A program made the position numbers and the translations under genes. The notes under the pieces are model-generated. The model did not search any database and was not told where the DNA came from. It saw only the letters and a list, made by a program, of their open reading frames with translations. From Candidatus Muiribacteriota bacterium (GTDB taxonomy: Bacteria; Muiribacteriota; Muiribacteriia; Muiribacteriales; Muiribacteriaceae), in contig JBNJGP010000027.1 of NCBI GenBank assembly GCA_051747805.1, positions 18,614 through 32,140 on the forward strand: a stretch of 13,527 bases of DNA, written 5' to 3'. Below are positions 8,150 through 13,527 of the stretch, in pieces; within the stretch, counting starts at the first letter, position 1, and every line of letters begins with the position of its first letter.

Positions 8150-10135
8150 TTATCCTTTAATCTGATTTATTATTTTTTCAAAAGTAGCACCTTCTAAATT
8201 CTTATTATTAATTTTCACATTAGGACCCTTATCACATTTTTCAAAACAGAAAGTGGCCTTTAAATTAACCCTTTCTTGCCTACTATTTTCTGTAATATAG
8301 TTTGTAAGTTTCTGAATAAGGTTCTGACTTCCTTTCAAATAACAGGAAGTTCCAACGCATACGCTTATTTCAAATTCAGGTTTTTTTTCTGATTCAATTA
8401 ATGATATTCCTGTATCAGACATTCTTTTTCTGGGACTATAACTTGTATGCAGAAGATTATGACTTGTTGGGCTTCCAGGTTTTCCTAAATCTTCTGCATA
8501 AAGGTTTTTTATATATGGATTAGTCTGAGATTTATGAAGCTGTAGTGTTTTATCACATTCATAAAGAGCTTTTGTCCGGCAATTAAGGGATTTTTTATGA
8601 AAGTCAACAGGCTGTCCGGCTCCACCAACACATCCACCTGGGCAGGCCATAACCTCAATAAAATCATAGTCTGATTTATTATTTTTAATTTCTTCTGCAA
8701 CTTTTCTTGCCATTTTCAATCCGTGAACAGCAGCTATTTTTATTTTACTGTCACCCGCCCCCAATTCAAGTTCTCTAATTCCTTCCGAACCACGAATAGC
8801 ATTAAACTCATACTCTTCCTTCTTTTCACCTGATAAAATTTCATCTACATACCTGGCAACTGCCTCTGAAACACCACCTGTATTTCCAAAAATCAAACCA
8901 CCACCTGTTTTAAAACCAAACGGCATATCAAGAGATTCCGGCGATAGATTTTTAAAATCTATTCCATGCTCCATAATCATCTGAGTTATTTCCTGAGTAG
9001 TAAGCACTATATCCACTTCTTTTATATCATTATGAATAAACTCTTTTCTATCTGCCTCAAATTTTTTCGCTGTGCATGGCATTATAGATACTACAATCAA
9101 ATCTTCTGGCCTGGCATTCATTTTTTCGGGCAGTTTTTCTTTTAATAATGAACCAAACATCTGCTGAGGGGATTTACAAGTTGAGATATTTTTTAGAAGT
9201 TCTGGATAGTACTGTTCTGCAAATTTTATCCATGCCGGACAGCAGGAAGTCAGCAGAGGTAGTTTATCCTTATTAAAATTTTCTAAAAACTCTGTTACCT
9301 CTTCCATAATTGTCAAGTCAGCAGCATAGGAAGTATCAAAAACTTTATCAAATCCCATAATTTTAAGGGCCGAAACAAGCTGTCCAGTATTTGAGGAACC
9401 CGGATTAATTCCAAATTTTTCACCTATTGCAACTCTTACAGCAGGTGCAAGCTGAACAACAACTTTTTTATTTTTATCATTTAAAAACTCCCAGGCTTTT
9501 TCTACATTTGAATTTATTGTTAAGGCACCTGTAGGACAAACCGAAATACACTGACCACAATTAATACATTCTCCCTCATTAAGGTCTTTTCCAAAAGCTG
9601 GTAAAACTTTTGCCTTTGAACCCCGGTGGGCAAAATCAATAGCCCCAACTGACTGTATTTCAAAACACATACGCACACAGTCTCCGCATAAAACACATCT
9701 GTTAGGATCTCTTACAATTGATGGAGAAGAATAATCTTTATTTTCTTTTTTAAGAGTTGATTTAAACCGCAAATCAGTTATTCCAACCCGTCTGGCAAGA
9801 GCCTGCAGCTGGCAATCAGTGCTTTTTTTGCATACAGTACAATTATAATCATGATTTGCCAGTAGAAGTTCAACAATATTTTTGCGAATTTTTCTTATTT
9901 CTGAAGTATTTGTTTTTATATTCATTCCTTCCTGCGGCTCTATAGAACACGCAGCCTGTAATCCACGACCCTGAATTTCAACAAGGCATAATCTGCAGGC
10001 ACCATAAACAGATAAATCTGAATGATAACAGAAGGTTGGCAGATTAATATTTGCTTTTCTAATTAATTCAAGCAGATTTTTTTCATTTTTAATTTCCATT
10101 TCAATATTATCAACAATTAAACTCTTCTTTTTCAT
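8150..10135 (-). CDS. hydA: [FeFe]-hydrogenase catalytic subunit (group A3) with C-terminal thioredoxin-like 2Fe-2S domain
   Basis: N-terminal 2Fe-2S (CYH...GACRLC...AAC), His-ligated 4Fe-4S (HDYNCTVCKKSTDC) and two 4Fe-4S motifs. Canonical TSCCPAW, MPCTAKKFE and EVMACPGGCVGGAGQP. C-terminal CVGTSC...CFEKC. ATGA overlap with hydB. Confidence 0.97.
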   Translation of the reverse strand: MKKKSLIVDNIEMEIKNEKNLLELIRKANINLPTFCYHSDLSVYGACRLCLVEIQGRGLQAACSIEPQEGMNIKTNTSEIRKIRKNIVELLLANHDYNCTVCKKSTDCQLQALARRVGITDLRFKSTLKKENKDYSSPSIVRDPNRCVLCGDCVRMCFEIQSVGAIDFAHRGSKAKVLPAFGKDLNEGECINCGQCISVCPTGALTINSNVEKAWEFLNDKNKKVVVQLAPAVRVAIGEKFGINPGSSNTGQLVSALKIMGFDKVFDTSYAADLTIMEEVTEFLENFNKDKLPLLTSCCPAWIKFAEQYYPELLKNISTCKSPQQMFGSLLKEKLPEKMNARPEDLIVVSIMPCTAKKFEADRKEFIHNDIKEVDIVLTTQEITQMIMEHGIDFKNLSPESLDMPFGFKTGGGLIFGNTGGVSEAVARYVDEILSGEKKEEYEFNAIRGSEGIRELELGAGDSKIKIAAVHGLKMARKVAEEIKNNKSDYDFIEVMACPGGCVGGAGQPVDFHKKSLNCRTKALYECDKTLQLHKSQTNPYIKNLYAEDLGKPGSPTSHNLLHTSYSPRKRMSDTGISLIESEKKPEFEISVCVGTSCYLKGSQNLIQKLTNYITENSRQERVNLKATFCFEKCDKGPNVKINNKNLEGATFEKIINQIKG

Positions 10136-12036
10136 GCTACACCTCCTGTAATTGCATCAAATTTACATGCCTCAATACATGCTCCGCATTTAATACATTT
10201 TTCTGTGTTAATAACCAAGGTATTTTTAATTTCTCCTTCAATTGCATCAACCGGACATTTTTTTGCACAAAGCGAACAACCTTTACATTTCTGAGGGTTT
10301 ATTTCAAAAACGGCAAGAGCCTTGCATTTTCCAGCTGGACATCTTTTATTTACAACGTGGGCCTCATACTCGTGCCTGAACTGTTCAAGAGTAGATAAAA
10401 CTGGATTAGGGGCGGTTTTACCAAGACCGCATAAAGAAGCTTTCTGCACTGTAAAGGCAATTTCTTCAAGCATTTTCAATGTATTTTCATCTGCTTTACC
10501 GGAAGTAATATCTTTAAGAAGCTCAAGCATCTGTTTAGTTCCTTCGCGACATACAACGCATTTTCCACAGGATTCATTCTGAGTAAACTGCATGAAAAAC
10601 TCTGCTACACTAACCATACAAGTATTCTTATTCATCACAACAAGACCACCTGAGCCTACCATTGCTCCAATTTCCTTTACAGACTCAAAATCAATTGGAA
10701 GGTCAAGATGTTTTTCTGTAAGACAGCCCCCTGAAGGACCGCCAATCTGGACTGCCTTGAAATTTGATTCTGCAAGTTTATTGTTATCATCAGTAACACC
10801 GCCACCAATTTCAAATATTATTTCCCTCAAAGTAGTACCAAAAGGAACCTCAATTAATCCTGTGTTCGCAACATGACCGGAAAGCGCAAAAGTTTTATTT
10901 CCCGGTGATTTTGATACACCAATTTTTCTAAACTGACCAACACCATTTTTTAAAATATACGGAACCCAGGCAAAAGTTTCTACATTATTTATAACAGTTG
11001 GTTTTCCCCATAATCCTTTTTGAGCAGGAAAGGGGGGTTTTGGTAAAGGCATTCCCCGCTTTCCTTCGGTTGAAGCAATAAGCGCAGTTTCCTCGCCACA
11101 TACAAATGCACCAGCACCTTCCATAACATTGAGTTTAAAGTTTAAATTTGTTCCCAGTACATTTTCACCAAGTATTCCCAGTTTTTCAGCATCTTCAACC
11201 GCTTTCTTCATTCTTGAAACTGCCAGCGGATACTCTGCACGCACATAAATATAACCTTCATCAGCACCAACTGCTTTTGCCGCAATCAACATTCCTTCAA
11301 TAACAGAATGAGGATTACCTTCCATAACAGAACGATTCATAAAAGCTCCGGGGTCTCCCTCATCTGCATTACATATTATGTATTTTTTTTCAGATTTTTC
11401 CTTTCTGGTCAAATCCCATTTAAGTCCTGTGGAGAAACCGCCTCCGCCCCTGCCGCGAAGTCCAGACTTTTCAACTTCTTCACATATATCACCGTCTTTC
11501 ATTTCATGATAGGCCCGAAGCGCAGCTTTATATCCATCATTATATATGTACTCATCAATATTATCCGGCGAAATAAAGCCGCAGGACTTTAATATTATTC
11601 TGTTTTGTCTGTTATAAAAATCTATCTGAGCTTCGCCTTTTCTTTTTTCACCTGTTTTTGGGTCAGAATATAGAAGTCTATTTATTATTTCACCATTTTT
11701 TATTGTTTTATCTACAATTTCATCAACATCTTCTTCTTTTACTTTTACATATAAAATATTATCTGGAAAAACCGCAACAAGTGGTCCCATCTGACAAAAC
11801 CCCTGACATCCGGATTTAGAAATGTAGTTAGGATTTTTATTATCCTCGAAATTAAGTTGGGTAGTTACATTTAATGCGGCATCTGTGATTTTTTTCACAA
11901 AGTTATTGAAAATTTTTAGACTGCCACTTGCCACACATCCAGTCCCCGCACAAATAACTACACGTTTATTAACTGAGTTTATTTTTTTATCAAAGCATGC
12001 TGAAATTTTATTAAACTTTTCTTTAATCAGGCACAT
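10132..12036 (-). CDS. hydB: Bifurcating hydrogenase flavin/NADH subunit (NuoF-like)
   Basis: N-terminal 2Fe-2S (CAGTGC...CQGFC), GLRGRGGGGF, CNADEGDPGAFM, GAGAFVCGEETAL, GGPSGG, ESCGKCVVCREG, SLCGLG and two C-terminal 4Fe-4S motifs. GGGGAGGT RBS inside the hydC 3' end. Confidence 0.96.
   Translation of the reverse strand: MCLIKEKFNKISACFDKKINSVNKRVVICAGTGCVASGSLKIFNNFVKKITDAALNVTTQLNFEDNKNPNYISKSGCQGFCQMGPLVAVFPDNILYVKVKEEDVDEIVDKTIKNGEIINRLLYSDPKTGEKRKGEAQIDFYNRQNRIILKSCGFISPDNIDEYIYNDGYKAALRAYHEMKDGDICEEVEKSGLRGRGGGGFSTGLKWDLTRKEKSEKKYIICNADEGDPGAFMNRSVMEGNPHSVIEGMLIAAKAVGADEGYIYVRAEYPLAVSRMKKAVEDAEKLGILGENVLGTNLNFKLNVMEGAGAFVCGEETALIASTEGKRGMPLPKPPFPAQKGLWGKPTVINNVETFAWVPYILKNGVGQFRKIGVSKSPGNKTFALSGHVANTGLIEVPFGTTLREIIFEIGGGVTDDNNKLAESNFKAVQIGGPSGGCLTEKHLDLPIDFESVKEIGAMVGSGGLVVMNKNTCMVSVAEFFMQFTQNESCGKCVVCREGTKQMLELLKDITSGKADENTLKMLEEIAFTVQKASLCGLGKTAPNPVLSTLEQFRHEYEAHVVNKRCPAGKCKALAVFEINPQKCKGCSLCAKKCPVDAIEGEIKNTLVINTEKCIKCGACIEACKFDAITGGVA
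11883..11900. promoter_or_regulatory. Intragenic Rex-like operator in the 5' part of hydB
   Basis: CTGTGAT-TTTT-TTCACAA matches 12 of 14 specified positions of TTGTGAA-N4-TTCACAA. Confidence 0.45.
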
Positions 12037-12545
12037 GTTTTTACCTCCCCTTTTTTTTCTCTATGCTGAAGGTCTGAAATTAATCCAACAGCCTCTTCAG
12101 GAGTAATCTGTCCATGAACATCCTCGTTTATAAGAATTACAGGAGCTAATCCACAAGCACCGAGACAGGAAACAGTTTCTAAGGTAAACATTAAATCTTT
12201 TGTTGTGTTATTTTCATCTGTTAAATTCAAATGTTTCTGAATAGCCTCGAGGATTGGAATAGAGTTTTTTACATGACAGGCTGTTCCATCACAAATTTTT
12301 ATTACATATTTCCCTTTTGGCTTAAAGGCAAAATGAGTATAAAAAGTTGCCACTCCATAAACAGAAGAAGGTGAAACTTTAAGGGATGTTGCAATAAAAC
12401 TCATTACTTCATCAGGAAGATAACGGTATTCTTCCTGCACCTCCTGTAGAATAGGTATTAACTTACTCGACCTGTAATCGTACTTTTTAAGTATTTTACA
12501 GATTTCATCAAAATTCCGTTGCATTTTGCCTGTGTTTTTTTCCAT
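12027..12545 (-). CDS. hydC: Bifurcating hydrogenase 2Fe-2S subunit (NuoE-like)
   Basis: LIPILQEVQEEYRYLP, VYGVATFY, CDGTACHV and VSCLGACGLAP motifs; AGGAGGT RBS at 12549-12555. Confidence 0.96.
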   Translation of the reverse strand: MEKNTGKMQRNFDEICKILKKYDYRSSKLIPILQEVQEEYRYLPDEVMSFIATSLKVSPSSVYGVATFYTHFAFKPKGKYVIKICDGTACHVKNSIPILEAIQKHLNLTDENNTTKDLMFTLETVSCLGACGLAPVILINEDVHGQITPEEAVGLISDLQHREKKGEVKTCA

Positions 12546-12564
12546 ATAACCTCCTGTTCTTTCC

Positions 12565-13209
12565 TTAATTAAAGCTTGCTGATTCTTCTAATTTTTTAAT
12601 AAGCACAGATAAATCTGAAGCCAGATTAACATTCTGTACAATAACATTATCAGGTACATTTAACTTTAAAGAGGCAAAATTCCAAATACCTCTAATATTA
12701 CTTTCAACCATTAAATCTGCGACCTCCTGGGCATTATTTTCTGGCACAGTTATTACACCAACTTTTATTTTCATTCTAAGCGCCAGGTTTTTAAATCTAT
12801 TTAAAGGAAAAACCACCTTACCGTTGATTTTTATATTCTGTTTATTTGGATTTAGATCAAAAGCGGCGACAATTTTTAAACCAAGTTTTTCAAAACCGCT
12901 GTAACCTAAAAGAGCATATCCTAAATAACCAGCTCCAACTAGAAAAGCTTCTGTCTGATTGTTATAACCTAAAAAGTGCTGAAGTTTTAAAAATAATTCT
13001 TCAACTTTATACCCAACTCTTGGCTTACCTATAATTCCAGTTAAAGAAATATCCTTGCGGACCTGAATACCTTTAAGTGCTAATTTATCAGCAATAAACT
13101 GGGCTGAAATATAGTTTTTACCCCTCTCTTTTGCCTCACAAACAACATTGTAATATAAAGGAAGTCTTTTTAAGGCAGCATCAGGATAACTTTTTATATT
13201 TGTTTTCAT
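12565..13209 (-). CDS. rex: Redox-sensing transcriptional repressor Rex
   Basis: LKRLPLY, QVRKDIS, GKPRVGY, Rossmann VGAGYLG, IVAAFD, ITVP and GIWNFA motifs. Start moved from TTG 13290 to ATG 13209, which has an AGGAG RBS at 13215-13219 and gives 214 aa, a typical Rex length. Confidence 0.96.
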   Translation of the reverse strand: MKTNIKSYPDAALKRLPLYYNVVCEAKERGKNYISAQFIADKLALKGIQVRKDISLTGIIGKPRVGYKVEELFLKLQHFLGYNNQTEAFLVGAGYLGYALLGYSGFEKLGLKIVAAFDLNPNKQNIKINGKVVFPLNRFKNLALRMKIKVGVITVPENNAQEVADLMVESNIRGIWNFASLKLNVPDNVIVQNVNLASDLSVLIKKLEESASFN

Positions 13210-13220
13210 TTCTTCTCCTA

Positions 13221-13240
13221 ATCGATATTTTTTTATCGAT
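13221..13240. promoter_or_regulatory. Palindrome ATCGATA-N6-TATCGAT in the rex 5' leader
   Basis: Perfect 7-bp inverted arms at 13221-13227 and 13234-13240, immediately before the SD on the mRNA. Function unknown. Confidence 0.4.
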
Positions 13241-13257
13241 ATAATTTCATCACTTTT

Positions 13258-13286
13258 AATATAGGGTAATTTAGGAATGTTGTCAA
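13258..13286 (-). promoter_or_regulatory. Sigma70 promoter of the rex-hyd operon
   Basis: Minus-strand TTGACA (13286-13281), 17-bp spacer, TATATT (13263-13258), with an AT-rich UP-like tract upstream. Confidence 0.75.
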
Positions 13287-13311
13287 GCAAAAATAATATT
13301 TTTTCTTTATC

Positions 13312-13329
13312 TTGTTAAAATTTTCACAA
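13312..13329. promoter_or_regulatory. Rex operator
   Basis: TTGTTAA-AATT-TTCACAA matches 13 of 14 positions of the Rex consensus TTGTGAA-N4-TTCACAA, directly upstream of a rex-led operon. Confidence 0.85.
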
Positions 13330-13358
13330 ACGTATTTATAAAATTTATTTAAAGCAGC

Positions 13359-13410
13359 TGAGAGCCGTGAGAAGTGAAAGGTGAAAGGTGAGAGGTGAGA
13401 GCCGATAGAA
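13359..13410 (-). repeat. Second copy of the 7-mer/10-mer mosaic repeat, inverted relative to 77-195
   Basis: Minus strand reads TTCTATCGGCTCTCACCTCTCACCTTTCACCTTTCACTTCTCACGGCTCTCA. 13361-13377 is the exact reverse complement of TCACTTCTCACGGCTCT at 89-105 and 147-163. Confidence 0.9.
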
Positions 13411-13478
13411 TCAGATTAGAGCAAGAGATTAAAATTTATTACGAAACAAAATAAAGCGAGTGGTCAGGCCGACATAAA

Positions 13479-13525
13479 AGTAAAAAGCTTTCAGCTTAGT
13501 AAAATCACCTAAAGGTGATAGTAAA
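13479..13525. other. AGTAAA-hairpin-AGTAAA-hairpin-AGTAAA array, possibly truncated by the window edge
   Basis: AGTAAA at 13479-13484, 13498-13503 and 13520-13525, separated exactly by AAGCT-ttc-AGCTT and ATCACCT-aa-AGGTGAT. The pattern is real; its function is unknown. Confidence 0.35.
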
Positions 13526-13527
13526 GT

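Noticed and set aside
10132..12545. Respiratory complex I nuoEF
   Set aside because: Coupled to an H-cluster subunit, with no membrane nuo genes and extra Fe-S domains typical of HydB.
4557..13034. Small ORFs 4557-4754, 5389-5622, 7405-7701, 8509-8700, 10322-10582, 10592-10876, 11308-11592, 11885-12106 and 12846-13034
   Set aside because: All lie antisense or out of frame within strongly supported genes and show no motifs.
13210..13290. 27-aa N-terminal extension of Rex from TTG 13290
   Set aside because: It overlaps the predicted promoter; ATG 13209 has an SD and gives the normal length.
77..13410. Terminal inverted repeats of a transposon or island
   Set aside because: No transposase or integrase, housekeeping cargo, arrays unequal in length and structure, and no target-site duplication seen. 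A dispersed repeat family is simpler.
13355..13410. TPP riboswitch (GCTGAGA) or sigma28 -10 (GCCGATAG)
   Set aside because: Both motifs fall in the repeat array. The remaining TPP core and a TAAA -35 at the right spacing are absent.

Overview
AT-rich (roughly 30% GC by eye) bacterial chromosomal window from a probable anaerobe, with two convergent gene blocks. Plus strand: membrane GGDEF diguanylate cyclase, pyrB, pyrI and a CDF metal transporter, then a separately promoted, extremely acidic 241-aa protein. By manual alignment this protein matches flagellin D1/D0 helices without gaps, and it is the most unusual item here. Minus strand: a tightly coupled hydrogen-metabolism operon, rex-hydC-hydB-hydA (electron-bifurcating group A3 [FeFe]-hydrogenase)-hydS (PAS sensory group C [FeFe]-hydrogenase)-SpoIIE/PP2C phosphatase, followed by a signal-peptide-bearing SagB-type nitroreductase. 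Non-coding signals include a near-perfect Rex operator and sigma70 promoter upstream of rex, a second Rex-like box inside hydB, and the same 7-mer/10-mer mosaic repeat at both ends of the window in opposite orientation. An AGTAAA-hairpin array sits at the right edge. No tRNA, rRNA, CRISPR array or transposase was seen. All family calls come from motif recognition and recalled reference sequences, not database searches.
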